DNA of 64,000 nucleotides from Minisyncoccota bacterium (lineage in GTDB: Bacteria > Patescibacteriota > Minisyncoccia > Phycocordibacterales > SBAW01): NCBI GenBank assembly GCA_035546615.1, contig DASZWM010000005.1:40959-104958 (forward strand), written 5' to 3'. The notes below the pieces were generated by a model. That model made no database searches, was not told the DNA's origin, and saw nothing but the letters and a program-made list of their open reading frames with translations. The first letter of the stretch is position 1; the number at the start of each line of letters is the position of its first letter. Made by a program: the position numbers and the translations under genes. Shown in pieces: positions 45,721 to 55,520 of this stretch.

Positions 45721-45746
45721 AAAACCCCGCCTTTGGGCGGGGTTTT
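45721..45746. terminator. Bidirectional rho-independent terminator (rpsR / efp convergent)
   Basis: aaaaccccgcc-tttg-ggcggggtttt. Confidence 0.75.
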
Positions 45747-45890
45747 CAGTTGGAAGAATCAGGGTCGTGAGCCGGCCGAGAGGAGCTATACGCCTTATCT
45801 TCTGAGGCTTGCGATGTGCTATGGGAGATTAAGCTCCTTCTGCCTGTCGATTGCCCTCAGGCCGCAATCGTCCCAATAGTAGATCGAGCC

Positions 45891-46460
45891 TTATTTTTTG
45901 TCGACGCGCTCCACGTACTGGCCGAGCTCGGTGTTGACGCGGACAATATCACCCTCGTTTATAAAGAGGGGGGCCTGCACCGTGGCGCCGGTCTCAAGTG
46001 TTATCTCTTTCGTGCCGCCTTGGGAGGTGTTGCCGCGCACTGCCGGCGGGGCGTCCTTCACGACGAGTTCCACCTTGATCGGCACGCGCACCGCGATAAT
46101 ATTGTCGTCGAATACGAGGGCCTCGAGTACGGAGTTGGGCTTCAAAAACTGCCCGGCCGGTCCGATGGTTTCCTCCGGAAGCTTGAACCGGTCGGCGGGA
46201 TTCTTCACGTCGCTGAACCACCATTCGCCGCGGTTGGTATAGAGGTATTTCACATCGCGGGTGGAAAGGTCGGCTTCCTCTGCTTTTTCAGACACGTGGA
46301 AGGCCTGTTCGGTCACCTTGCCGGTGATAAGGTGGCGCAGCTTCGTCTGGTTCACCGGCTTGCGCTGCTGCTTGCGGAAGACGTGCGCATCCAGGACTTC
46401 GTACGGCTGGCCATCCATTAGGATGACCTTTTTGGGCAAAATCTCGTTATATTCAAGCAT
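45891..46460 (-). CDS. efp: Elongation factor P
   Basis: 189-aa ORF; KOW-like N-domain and two OB domains; matches EF-P throughout (e.g., GQFLKPNSVLEALVFDDNIIAVRVP). Confidence 0.9.
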   Translation of the reverse strand: MLEYNEILPKKVILMDGQPYEVLDAHVFRKQQRKPVNQTKLRHLITGKVTEQAFHVSEKAEEADLSTRDVKYLYTNRGEWWFSDVKNPADRFKLPEETIGPAGQFLKPNSVLEALVFDDNIIAVRVPIKVELVVKDAPPAVRGNTSQGGTKEITLETGATVQAPLFINEGDIVRVNTELGQYVERVDKK

Positions 46461-46505
46461 TGAAACATTTTACACAAAGATACGGTTATATCAATCGAAG
46501 CCGCC

Positions 46506-47117
46506 ATGATATATGCTGTGACCATGGGAAAGGGATATCTCTCGCTTGAAGAAGAAGCCAGGGAGCAGACCGACGAGGAAGTGCTCGCGGCTTCGGTGTC
46601 GCATCCGGCGCTGTTCGCGATTCTGGTTCGCAAGTACGAGGCCCCGTTCATGCGAAAGGCCAGAAGCATCGTGCGCGAAGAGACGGAGGCCGAGGACGTG
46701 GTGCAGGAAGCCTTCACCAAGATTTATCTCAACGCGGCGAAGTTCAAGACGGTCGAAGGCGCGACGTTCTCTTCCTGGGGCTACCGCATCCTCATCAATA
46801 CCGCGCTGACGCATTACGCGCGGCAGAAGCGCGAGCGCGGCAGGACGGCGGAACTCGACGACGAGATTTGGGCGCTCATTCCGGACAAGAATTTGAAGCA
46901 GTTCGAAAAGAAGGAATTCATGGACGAGGTCGCATCGGTGCTCTCGCGGATGCCGCCGATATTCGCACAAGCCTTGTCCGGGTTCTTTCTGGAAGGGAAG
47001 TCCCAGGAGGAGATGGCGCAGGCTGAAGGCGTGTCGGTCGGGGCGATAAAGACCCGGGTGCACCGCGCCAAGAAGGAGTTTAAAAAGGTGTTCGAGGCGA
47101 TTAGCACTAATATTTAA
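46506..47117 (+). CDS. RNA polymerase sigma factor (sigma-70 family, ECF-like)
   Basis: 203-aa ORF; region 2 (EDVVQEAFTKIYLNAAKF...FSSWGYRILINTALTHYAR) and region 4 HTH (SQEEMAQAEGVSVGAIKTRVHRAKKEF). Confidence 0.8.
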   Translation: MIYAVTMGKGYLSLEEEAREQTDEEVLAASVSHPALFAILVRKYEAPFMRKARSIVREETEAEDVVQEAFTKIYLNAAKFKTVEGATFSSWGYRILINTALTHYARQKRERGRTAELDDEIWALIPDKNLKQFEKKEFMDEVASVLSRMPPIFAQALSGFFLEGKSQEEMAQAEGVSVGAIKTRVHRAKKEFKKVFEAISTNI

Positions 47118-47120
47118 TAT

Positions 47121-47447
47121 ATGAGCAAGATAGAAACACAGGTGATGGCGAGCGTCGGCGTTATATACGCCGCCCGCGCCTTGATGAGCGCAACGGCCAT
47201 AAAGCTCTACGCGCTTGTCGCGTCTTTCGCCGGCATCGTGTTCTTCGCTTCGGTGCCGCACGTGGCTGCCAACTTCTTCTCGGTTGCCCATAGCGGTCCT
47301 ACGAGTGTTGTATTCTTCGTCGTCTACGCCGTATTAAGCACAACGGTAGTCGTGCAATTCGCGCTTGCGGTAGGAGCCGCAGCTGCCGTGTCGCTGTTTG
47401 TTTCCGGAGTCCATTCGTTTCTCTCCGGCAAAGCAGTGACAGCCTAA
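47121..47447 (+). CDS. Small 3-TM membrane protein immediately downstream of the sigma factor (possible anti-sigma partner)
   Basis: 108-aa hydrophobic ORF starting 4 nt after the sigma gene stop. Confidence 0.4.
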   Translation: MSKIETQVMASVGVIYAARALMSATAIKLYALVASFAGIVFFASVPHVAANFFSVAHSGPTSVVFFVVYAVLSTTVVVQFALAVGAAAAVSLFVSGVHSFLSGKAVTA

Positions 47448-47505
47448 ACATATTTTGGACTTCGTAAGTCCAGAATATCGGCAAAAAGCCTTATTTGCAG
47501 GCGTT

Positions 47506-48603
47506 TTATTCTTCTTCCGAGCCGTCGGAATCTTCGGAGCCGCCTTTTTTGCTCGGGACTGCCGACGCGTTCTCGGCCAAGCCCTTCCTGATAGCTTTCA
47601 GAAGGTCGCTCGACACTTTCTTATTCTCGCGCAGGTACGTGCGCGATGCGTCGTATCCGCGGCCGAGCTTTTCCTCGCCGAAGGCGTAGGAGCTGCCGCT
47701 CTTCTGTACGACGCCGAGCTTCTCGCCGAGCGCCAACAGTTCGCCTTCGGTCGAGATGCCTTCGCTGTACATAATGTCGAACTCGGTCGTGCGGAAGGGG
47801 GCCGCGACCTTGTTCTTGACCACCTTCACGCGATGGCGGCCGCCCACGACCTCTTCTCCTTTCTTGATTTGCGCGATGCGCCGGATGTCGAGGCGGATGG
47901 AAGTGTAGAACTTAAGCGCCTTGCCGCCGGTCGTGGTTTCCGGATTGCCGAACATCACGCCTATCTGCATGCGGATCTGGTTGATGAATATGATGATGGT
48001 CTTCGATTTGGAAACGATCGCGGTGAGCTTGCGCAGCGCCTGGCTCATGAGCCGGGCTTGCTTGCCGACCTGGTAGGAACCCATGTCGCCCTCGATTTCG
48101 TCTTTCGGAGTGAGCGCGGCCACGGAGTCCACCACGATGATGTCCACCTTGCCGGAGCGCACGAGACCCTCGACTATCTCAAGCGCCTGCTCGCCGTTGT
48201 CCGGCTGGGAGACAAGCAGCTCGTTTATCTTTACGCCGAGCTTCTTTGCGTACTCCGGGTCAAGCGCGTGCTCCGCGTCGATGAACGCGCACACGCCGCC
48301 TTTTTTCTGCGCCTCGGCGATGGCGTGGAGGCTGAGGGTCGTCTTGCCGGAAGATTCGGGACCGAATACTTCCAAAATGCGGCCGCGAGGATAGCCGCCG
48401 ATGCCGAGCGCCCAGTCGAGGCCTACGGAGCCGGACGGGATGACGTCGACGTCCACCTTGGGGGAGTCGCCGAGCTTCATGATAGCCTCGTCGCCGAACT
48501 TCGTTTTTATATCGCGTATGGCCGCGTCTATCGCGCTATTGTCCTTCTCTTTGCCCGAACCCATCGTCTTCTCCGGCTTCTTGTCCTTTCCTTTTAGTGC
48601 CAT
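47506..48603 (-). CDS. recA: Recombinase RecA
   Basis: 365-aa ORF; Walker [11 protein letters not shown], RecA core ([11 protein letters not shown]2 loop region), acidic C-terminus. Confidence 0.95.
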   Translation of the reverse strand: MALKGKDKKPEKTMGSGKEKDNSAIDAAIRDIKTKFGDEAIMKLGDSPKVDVDVIPSGSVGLDWALGIGGYPRGRILEVFGPESSGKTTLSLHAIAEAQKKGGVCAFIDAEHALDPEYAKKLGVKINELLVSQPDNGEQALEIVEGLVRSGKVDIIVVDSVAALTPKDEIEGDMGSYQVGKQARLMSQALRKLTAIVSKSKTIIIFINQIRMQIGVMFGNPETTTGGKALKFYTSIRLDIRRIAQIKKGEEVVGGRHRVKVVKNKVAAPFRTTEFDIMYSEGISTEGELLALGEKLGVVQKSGSSYAFGEEKLGRGYDASRTYLRENKKVSSDLLKAIRKGLAENASAVPSKKGGSEDSDGSEEE

Positions 48604-48624
48604 ATGTTTTTTAAATAGCGCCCG

Positions 48625-48972
48625 TTATACGATGCTCGTTGAGCAGTAGTTTAAGACAGTAATGTGAACTTGAGCGGAAGCGCGCCTGCCGAAGCGGTCG
48701 GTGGCCGCGACGGTGAATATAGCATACCCGGGCGGGGGAGTGAGCCGCAAGGAGAACCGTCCGGCCTCGTCAGTATAGGCCGGCGCGTCGTTGATGGTCA
48801 AAAACGAGATGTTCCGGGCCACGCCCGATACGGTAACGGCCGGACTCGAGGTGGCGCTGCCGTCCTGCGGCGCGTATATGGTTATTTCCGGACCGCCCAA
48901 AAGCCGCCGCGATTCGAACAGCCCGTAGGCGAGGATGCCGAGCGCAAGCAGCACTATAAGGGCCCGCTTCAT
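48625..48972 (-). CDS. Hypothetical secreted protein
   Basis: 115-aa ORF; N-terminal signal peptide MKRALIVLLALGILAYG; lies between ftsK and recA on the same strand. Confidence 0.45.
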   Translation of the reverse strand: MKRALIVLLALGILAYGLFESRRLLGGPEITIYAPQDGSATSSPAVTVSGVARNISFLTINDAPAYTDEAGRFSLRLTPPPGYAIFTVAATDRFGRRASAQVHITVLNYCSTSIV

Positions 48973-51200
48973 ACCTCCTCCGGCGGAGGCGGCGCTTCTG
49001 CGGGCTTCATGCCCAGTATCTCGCGCGGCTTGGCGCCGTCGCCGGGGCCTATGACGCCGCGCTCCTCAAGTATGTCGATAAGCCTGGCCGCGCGCGCGTA
49101 GCCCACGCGCAGCTTGCGCTGGAGGTACGAGGTCGAAGCCTTGCCGGCCTCAAGCACCGCGGCGCGCGCCGCCTCGTACATGTCGTCGTCTATCTCTTCG
49201 TCGTCTCCGCCGAACCCGCCGCCCGAGGAGCCTGCGCCGTCCAGGCTCAGGCTCGTCGTGCCCGGGGCGGGCGCGCCGATGTCTACCGGTATCTCCGCCT
49301 CGTTGTTCTTGGCGATGAAGTCAACGACCTTCTTCACCTCGCCTTCGCTGATGAACGCGCTCTGGAGGCGCACCGGCTTTCCCATGTCGCCCGAAAGATA
49401 CAGCATATCGCCCGCGCCCAGGAGCTTTTCCGCGCCGCCCTGGTCGAGGATGGTCCGCGAGTCTATCTGGGAGGCTACCTGGAGCGCCAGGCGGGCGGGA
49501 ATGTTGGCCTTAATAAGGCCCGTGATGACGTTAACGGAAGGCCGCTGGGTGGAAAGAAGCAGGTGGATGCCGACCGCGCGCGACATCTGTGCCAGGCGCA
49601 CGATGGCGCCTTCAAGCTCGCGCGGGTAGCTCTGCATGATGTCGGCGAGCTCGTCGATGACGATGACGATGTACGGCATGCCCTCGGGCACCTTTTCGCC
49701 CTCGTCCGGCGCGCCGCCTTTCTTGCGCAGGGCTTCAAGCGCGGGAGCGAGCACGTTCTCGTGGTACGAGTCTATGTCGCGCACGCGGTGCTCTTCGAGG
49801 ATGTTGTAGCGCCTTTCCATCTCCTTGCCCGCCCAGCGCAGGGCGGTTATGGCGCGTTTCGCGTCGGTAATGACAGGGGAGAGCAGGTGGGGAATCGGGT
49901 TATACAGCGTAAGCTCCACGCGTTTCGGGTCTATCATCAGGAATCTGAGCCGCGAGGGGCCCATACGGAAGAGAAGCGAGGCGATGATCGCGTGTATGGT
50001 GACCGACTTGCCCGAGCCGGTCGCGCCAGCAATGAGCGCGTGCGGCATTTTGGCGACATTGGCGAAGTGGGACGAGCCGGCGATGTCGCGGCCAAGCGCC
50101 ACCAGAAGCGGCTTGCGCGAGGAGGCGAACTCGGGGGACTCCAGCAGGGTGCCGAGGCCGACCGTTACCTTAGCGGAGTTGGGGACTTCGATGCCCACCA
50201 GCGACTTGCCGGGGATAGGCGCCTCGATGCGCACCGGGTGCGCCGCGAGCGCGAGCTCAAGGTTGGTCTGGAGCGACAGTATCTTCTGCAGGCGCACGCC
50301 TTCGGCGGGCTTTATCGCATAGCGCGTTACCGACGGGCCGATTGATATTTCGTCCAATTCAACTGTAATCCCGAAGTTCTGGAGCGTGCGCTTGATGATA
50401 TTGGCGTTGCCCTTTATGTCGCCGACGCCCGGCCGGCCCTTGTCGCGCTCAAGCAGGGACAGGGGAGGCGGCTGATACTCGCCTAGAAGAGTTTGGAGCG
50501 CTGCGGCGTTCGCGATGCGCGCGTCGTGGGCGGCGGCCCGGGCAGGCGCTTTGGCGATGACCGGTTCCTCGTCGTAGTCTTGCGCCGGCGGCTCTTCATG
50601 CGCCGAAGCGCGCGCCGGAGTTTCATCGCCGCCCATGTCCGCGCCGGTGATGAGGGCATCTTTTGCGGCGTCATCACTCCCCTTTTTGAACAGGCGCATA
50701 AGCAGGCTCCAAAGCGCTCGGAGAGGCGCGAGCGAGATATTCCCTTCAACCAATATAAGGAGCGAAATGAGGGAGAGGCCGCCCAGCACGCTTACCGCGG
50801 CGTAAACGTCGAACAAGCCCACCAGGGGGTCGGCGATATGGGCTCCGACGAACCCCCCTTTGCCGCTTACTATTGTGACGAAGCCCAGACCCGCCACGAA
50901 AAATATCGCGCTCGCCAGTACCTTAAGCAGGGGGACGCCGCTCCCCTCCTGTTCGCGCAAGGCCGCCGCGGCAAGGACAAAGGAAAGGAGCGGCAGCAGG
51001 AAGTAGCCGATGCCGAGCAGATATGCAAAAAGATTGTAGGCGCTTGTGCCGGCCTCTCCCGCGCCGTCGAACGCGGCAAGGGTCAGGAACACGCCCACTA
51101 TGGCAAACACGACCGCGACTATCGCGCGCAGTGTAGCCGGCGGAAGGGCGGTAAGGGGATTCAGCGAGGGCTTATTTTGCCTGTTGTGCTTGCGTGCCAT
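48969..51200 (-). CDS. ftsK: DNA translocase FtsK/SpoIIIE
   Basis: 743-aa ORF; 4-5 N-terminal TM helices, Pro/Ala-rich linker, motor domain with Walker A GATGSGKS, C-terminal gamma winged helix. Confidence 0.9.
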   Translation of the reverse strand: MARKHNRQNKPSLNPLTALPPATLRAIVAVVFAIVGVFLTLAAFDGAGEAGTSAYNLFAYLLGIGYFLLPLLSFVLAAAALREQEGSGVPLLKVLASAIFFVAGLGFVTIVSGKGGFVGAHIADPLVGLFDVYAAVSVLGGLSLISLLILVEGNISLAPLRALWSLLMRLFKKGSDDAAKDALITGADMGGDETPARASAHEEPPAQDYDEEPVIAKAPARAAAHDARIANAAALQTLLGEYQPPPLSLLERDKGRPGVGDIKGNANIIKRTLQNFGITVELDEISIGPSVTRYAIKPAEGVRLQKILSLQTNLELALAAHPVRIEAPIPGKSLVGIEVPNSAKVTVGLGTLLESPEFASSRKPLLVALGRDIAGSSHFANVAKMPHALIAGATGSGKSVTIHAIIASLLFRMGPSRLRFLMIDPKRVELTLYNPIPHLLSPVITDAKRAITALRWAGKEMERRYNILEEHRVRDIDSYHENVLAPALEALRKKGGAPDEGEKVPEGMPYIVIVIDELADIMQSYPRELEGAIVRLAQMSRAVGIHLLLSTQRPSVNVITGLIKANIPARLALQVASQIDSRTILDQGGAEKLLGAGDMLYLSGDMGKPVRLQSAFISEGEVKKVVDFIAKNNEAEIPVDIGAPAPGTTSLSLDGAGSSGGGFGGDDEEIDDDMYEAARAAVLEAGKASTSYLQRKLRVGYARAARLIDILEERGVIGPGDGAKPREILGMKPAEAPPPPEEV

Positions 51201-51362
51201 GGGGAAATAGTAGCACGCCGGAGCCTAACTTTTTTGCGCCCGGATTCGTGTGGATAGGAGCTTGCGTTTGGTTCGAAGTGCGCTACTCTAAACGACAAGG
51301 AAGTGTCCCTTTGCCGGATTGGAAATCATAAAAGACTAAAAGAGACATAATAAAAGACATAC

Positions 51363-52106
51363 ATGGATGGGGCTGGTAAAAATTTTCACGAAATAGCTTT
51401 AAAATCAATCCTTTTTAAAGGACGCGGCGACTGGTATTTCTGCTATTTGAAGTCGGAAAAGATAGCCCATGTGCTCACGCTTCTGCTCCAGGGCTCGCCT
51501 GCGAAAGACAAGGAATTATTGCAGGAACTTGTCGCTTCGGCGGGGCGGCTGCCGCATATGATAACGCATTTCGTAGCCGGCGAAGTAGAAGCGGCGCTCG
51601 TGCTTGCTGATATTTTCTCCGTCCTTTCCCTTGTCAGGCTGAGCGCGACGCAGGGCTATATCCGTCCCGAAAATACCCGCATTTTGGCAGCAGAATATGA
51701 GGATATGGTGCGCCGGATAGCGGCGGAAAACCACCCCTCGCCGTTCATCACGGCGCAGGATTTTACCGTTGAGGAGGCGGTCGGGCGTATTCAGCTGGGA
51801 GGGCCCGTGTCGCCGTTTTCTGAGCCTGCCTCTGCCACACGCCACCAAGCTCCCATAAAGGACAAATCTAAAGGACATATAAAAGGCAATGCCGGCGAAT
51901 CTAAAGGACAACAGGAACGGGCCGCTCAAATATACGATTTTGTGAAGTCTCACAAGGGGGTGTCTATTAAAGAGATAGCGGCGGTAGTGCGCGGCTGTAG
52001 CGAAAAGACTATCCAGCGCGAGCTTGCCGGCCTTATCCGCCAGGGTCTTATACAAAGGAAGGGGGAAAAGCGTTGGAGCATATACGTTCCAATCCCTTCT
52101 TTCTAG
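51363..52106 (+). CDS. Hypothetical protein with C-terminal winged-helix DNA-binding domain
   Basis: 247-aa ORF; the C-terminal ~60 aa (IYDFVKSHKGVSIKEIAAVVRGCSEKTIQRELAGLIRQGLIQRKGEKRWSIY) is DeoR/wHTH-like. Confidence 0.5.
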   Translation: MDGAGKNFHEIALKSILFKGRGDWYFCYLKSEKIAHVLTLLLQGSPAKDKELLQELVASAGRLPHMITHFVAGEVEAALVLADIFSVLSLVRLSATQGYIRPENTRILAAEYEDMVRRIAAENHPSPFITAQDFTVEEAVGRIQLGGPVSPFSEPASATRHQAPIKDKSKGHIKGNAGESKGQQERAAQIYDFVKSHKGVSIKEIAAVVRGCSEKTIQRELAGLIRQGLIQRKGEKRWSIYVPIPSF

Positions 52107-52241
52107 GGGCAAAGGCTGTTGACCTTTTACCTCCCTTGGTATACCTTCATGGGTGTGGAGCAAACAGAAAAAGAGGCCCAGACGGGGCTTTTTACCTGTT
52201 TGCGTAAGACGGGCATAAAGCCGCTTATCCACAGCATTTTT

Positions 52242-52271
52242 TTGCAGTGCTCTCGCGTATAGCCCTATAAT
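52242..52271 (+). promoter_or_regulatory. Putative promoter (TTGCAG-18-TATAAT)
   Basis: Perfect -10 tataat 52266-52271 with a ttgcag -35 at 18 nt; would give a ~330-nt leader to the 52608 gene. Confidence 0.35.
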
Positions 52272-52607
52272 GGTGTGAGCGACTGAAATCGGGATTCTTG
52301 CACTACGCAGACAGACCAGGCGCTACGCAACGTTCATTGACAACTCAATAGACGGCACAAACGTCACAGCGGCGCTGTAAGCAATATAGGCTTAGAGCGT
52401 CATTAGCAGTGTTCCCCACTGATATTCCTTGTCCCTTCATGGTTGCTTAAGGTTGCGTGTCAGACTATCCCACTTGCTACCAAGACGCGCCTTTCCGAGG
52501 TGCCCGTTTCTTTAACAGGAGCGGGAGCACGGCAAGGTAGTCGGTAGAATCGTTCGGTTCCCTTTATTCGTAGATTACAAGTAAGAAATTATTAGTTCGC
52601 ACTTATT

Positions 52608-54659
52608 ATGACTATTACCCAAACCAATCGGTTTGTCGCAATCGCAGCAGGCGTTGCAGTCGCACTTTCTCTCATGGTGGGAGCATTCGCGGCTGTTACT
52701 CCGGCTCAGGCGGCATCCCTCACTTCTTCGCAGATCAGCGCGATCATCTCGCTGCTCCAGTCGTTCGGCGCCGATGCGGCGACGATCGCAAACGTTCAGG
52801 CATCCTTGACCGGCGGCACCCCGTCCGGCTCAACTGGCGGTTCCGTTTCGTCCAGCTGCATGTTCTCACGCAGCCTTACGATCGGTTCTTCCGGCGCTGA
52901 TGTGACCTGCCTTCAGCAGGCGCTCATAGCGGCAGGCTACTCGATCCCGGCAGGCGCAACTGGCTACTTCGGTGTCCAGACGCAGACCGCGGTCGCTTCA
53001 TGGCAGGCGGCTAAGAACATCGCTCCGGCAGCCGGCTACTTCGGTCCTATCTCGATTGCCGCATGGGCATCCTCGATGGGCTCGACCGGCGGCTCCACTG
53101 GTGGCAGCACCGGCGGTTCCACTGGCGGTTCGACCGGCAGCCTTTCAGGCGGCGAGGCAGACCTCCGCAACTTCGACCTTATCTCGGGCGACGACCTCAT
53201 GGAGGGCGACTCCAACACGGAGATCGCAGTCGCTGAGTTCGATGTCGAGGGCGGCGATGTTCGCGTTCAGCGCGTGACTGTCGACTTCCAGCCGACTGTT
53301 GCAAGCACACTTGCTAACCAGCACCCTTGGGAGTACGTTGACACCCTTTCTGTCTACAACGGCAGCAAGAAGGTCGGCGAAGTAGATGCAGGCTCCAAGG
53401 ATGACTGGGACCAGAATGACTGGGACTCGGCTCACAATGCTTCCGGCAACTACGACTACTACAGCATCGACATCCCTGTTGATACCATTATCAACGAGGG
53501 CGACACCGCGGAGCTCTCTATCCGCGCCGACGCGCAGAGCTCTATCGATGAGGATGATCAGGACCAGACCTTCGAGGTCCAGGTTCCGGACGACGGCATC
53601 CGCGCAGTCGACTCTGTTGGCATTCAGCAGTACACGGGCGAGGATGGCAATACCGTCGACCTCGGCTTCAATGCCGCGGAGAACGGCGACATCACCATCC
53701 GCGAGACTTCGGACAACCCTAACGCAGGCGTCCTCGTTGCAGACGACTCCGATACCTCCGGTCCGTTCGATGTTCTCGCAGGCGAGTTCCGCAACCGCGA
53801 CAGCGCGGATGCGACCATCAACAGCCTGACCTTCCACGTTGCGACTTCTTCGCTCGTTGGCTACTACCAGCAGGCTGCTAACATCAGCACCATAATCCGC
53901 CGCGCGACCCTCACGATCGACGGCAAGGATTACCGTGGCGATGTTAACTCGAACAACACCATCGACTTCGATGATATCAATGCTGATATCAGCGGCGATG
54001 ACACGACGAACTTCGTCCTCTCGGTCGAGCTCTTCGGTTCGGACAACCACTTCTCGACCACGTCTGAGTCGCTCACCTTCTCTATTAACTCGAACACTTC
54101 GGGTGATGTAGATATCGAGGGCGCAGACACCGGCGACGCGTCGGATGTATCCGGCTCGGTCAACGGCAACAAGCAGACCATCGCGGTCAATGCGGGCGTC
54201 AACGTAGAAGGCGTCAGCATGAGCGGTTCTGCGGTGCAGGCAAATACCGCATCGGAAAGCTACGGCACCTTCACGCTCAAGTTCGACGTGACGGCTAACG
54301 GCGATGATGTGTACGTTCCGAAGACGGTACAGGCGCTTGCGTCTACTACTTCTCCGGGCGCTTCGACCGGTGTCGTGGTCATCACTGACCTCAACGCTTC
54401 AACCACTTCGAGCGGCGTCACCACCTCGATGACTACGACCGCTGATTCCGACAATGCTTCCTTCTACGTCGTTCGCGACGGAGACACGGAGACCTTTACG
54501 GTCAGCGTTCGCATCGATCCGACGGCAGCCGGCTTCTATCAGGTTGGTCTTGATAGGATCCGCTTCTCGACGACTGACAATGGCCTTGGTATCCAGACCC
54601 TCGACATTGACCAGAACGATGACGAGTTCCAGACTGACCCGGTCAGCATCAGTAACTAA
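52608..54659 (+). CDS. Secreted surface protein with peptidoglycan-binding-like domain and large beta-rich C-terminal region
   Basis: 683-aa ORF; signal peptide; conserved N-terminal motif AASLTSSQISAIISLLQSFGADAATIANVQASLTG shared with the 54823 protein; PG_binding_1-like GSSGADVTCLQQALIAAGYSIPAGATGYFGVQTQTAVASWQ; (STGG)n linker; Asp/Thr/Ser-rich beta region. Confidence 0.6.
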   Translation: MTITQTNRFVAIAAGVAVALSLMVGAFAAVTPAQAASLTSSQISAIISLLQSFGADAATIANVQASLTGGTPSGSTGGSVSSSCMFSRSLTIGSSGADVTCLQQALIAAGYSIPAGATGYFGVQTQTAVASWQAAKNIAPAAGYFGPISIAAWASSMGSTGGSTGGSTGGSTGGSTGSLSGGEADLRNFDLISGDDLMEGDSNTEIAVAEFDVEGGDVRVQRVTVDFQPTVASTLANQHPWEYVDTLSVYNGSKKVGEVDAGSKDDWDQNDWDSAHNASGNYDYYSIDIPVDTIINEGDTAELSIRADAQSSIDEDDQDQTFEVQVPDDGIRAVDSVGIQQYTGEDGNTVDLGFNAAENGDITIRETSDNPNAGVLVADDSDTSGPFDVLAGEFRNRDSADATINSLTFHVATSSLVGYYQQAANISTIIRRATLTIDGKDYRGDVNSNNTIDFDDINADISGDDTTNFVLSVELFGSDNHFSTTSESLTFSINSNTSGDVDIEGADTGDASDVSGSVNGNKQTIAVNAGVNVEGVSMSGSAVQANTASESYGTFTLKFDVTANGDDVYVPKTVQALASTTSPGASTGVVVITDLNASTTSSGVTTSMTTTADSDNASFYVVRDGDTETFTVSVRIDPTAAGFYQVGLDRIRFSTTDNGLGIQTLDIDQNDDEFQTDPVSISN

Positions 54660-54702
54660 TAGCCGAGGATTTCTCAGCTAAAGGTTCTGACGGAACGTTA
54701 GC

Positions 54703-54728
54703 AAAAACCACCCTTTCGGGTGGTTTTT
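54703..54728 (+). terminator. Rho-independent terminator
   Basis: aaaaaccaccc-tttc-gggtggttttt. Confidence 0.75.
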
Positions 54729-54750
54729 GCGTTCTCCCCATAGTTTTCAC

Positions 54751-54786
54751 AAAGGACCGTCCTCTGCATACAGAGGACGGTCCTTT
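54751..54786. promoter_or_regulatory. 16-bp perfect palindrome (aaaggaccgtcctctg-cata-cagaggacggtccttt); candidate operator or RNA hairpin
   Basis: Perfect inverted repeat between the terminator and the next gene start; the half-site aaggaccgtcct recurs at 54873-54887 inside the 5' coding region of the downstream gene. Confidence 0.5.
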
Positions 54787-54822
54787 GCTATAAGCCCTTG
54801 CCAGGCTGTTTTGGATGATAGA

Positions 54823-55518
54823 ATGTATACACCAATGAACTTTCTTAAGATATCCGCTTCAAACCGATATCAAGGACCGTCCTTTCTTGGCTTCTTTTTT
54901 GCCTGTATGCTCGTTTTTGGCGCTTTTGGAGCGGCCACTCCGGCTCACGCCGCCCTTACCTCCTCGCAAGTTAGTGCCATACTCGCACTCCTTGTATCCT
55001 TCAACGCGGACCAGGCGACAATCGCCAAAGTACAGGCCTCGCTTATGGGCCCGGTCACGCCCTCCGCCCCTGCGGGAACTCTTTCCTTTATGGCTGGTAC
55101 GCAGGCAACCAACGCCCGCATCGCCCCGGGAGCGAAGAATGTCCCTTTCACAACCTTCGCGCTTACCAACAATACCGGCGGCGCGGTAACCGTGTATGGC
55201 ATTACGGTCAATCGCATCGGTTCCGGCACGGACGCGTACCTATCGAGCGTAGCGCTCCTGGACAGCTCCGGCAATACCGTAGGCGACTCGGAGGCGCTCG
55301 ACCAAAGCCATCAGGCGACGCTTGGCGGCACGTTCACGCTTAAGGCGGGGGAGACAAAGACGCTTACCGTCGCGGGCTCCATCGCGTCAAAGAACCGTGT
55401 GCAGACCGGCAAGAATCTTTCGCTTGAGGTCGTGTCCATCAATGCTTCCGCATCGCTCCACGGCTCGCTCCCTGTTTCGGGGACGTCGTATACTGTAGAC
55501 AGGACGCTCAAGCCCTAG
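54823..55518 (+). CDS. Secreted hypothetical protein (paralogous N-terminal domain to the 52608 protein)
   Basis: Start chosen at MYTPMNF within the listed 54727 ORF; signal/TM FLGFFFACMLVFGAFGAATPAHA, then ALTSSQVSAILALLVSFNADQATIAKVQASLMG; beta-rich remainder. Confidence 0.55.
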   Translation: MYTPMNFLKISASNRYQGPSFLGFFFACMLVFGAFGAATPAHAALTSSQVSAILALLVSFNADQATIAKVQASLMGPVTPSAPAGTLSFMAGTQATNARIAPGAKNVPFTTFALTNNTGGAVTVYGITVNRIGSGTDAYLSSVALLDSSGNTVGDSEALDQSHQATLGGTFTLKAGETKTLTVAGSIASKNRVQTGKNLSLEVVSINASASLHGSLPVSGTSYTVDRTLKP

Positions 55519-55520
55519 GC

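Noticed and set aside
52120-52146. Promoter TTGACC-15-TATACC
   Set aside because: Spacer too short and the -10 lacks the conserved final T; the 52242-52271 element is a better candidate.
53145-54050. 301-aa minus-strand ORF
   Set aside because: Antisense to the Asp/Thr-rich surface protein gene 52608-54659.
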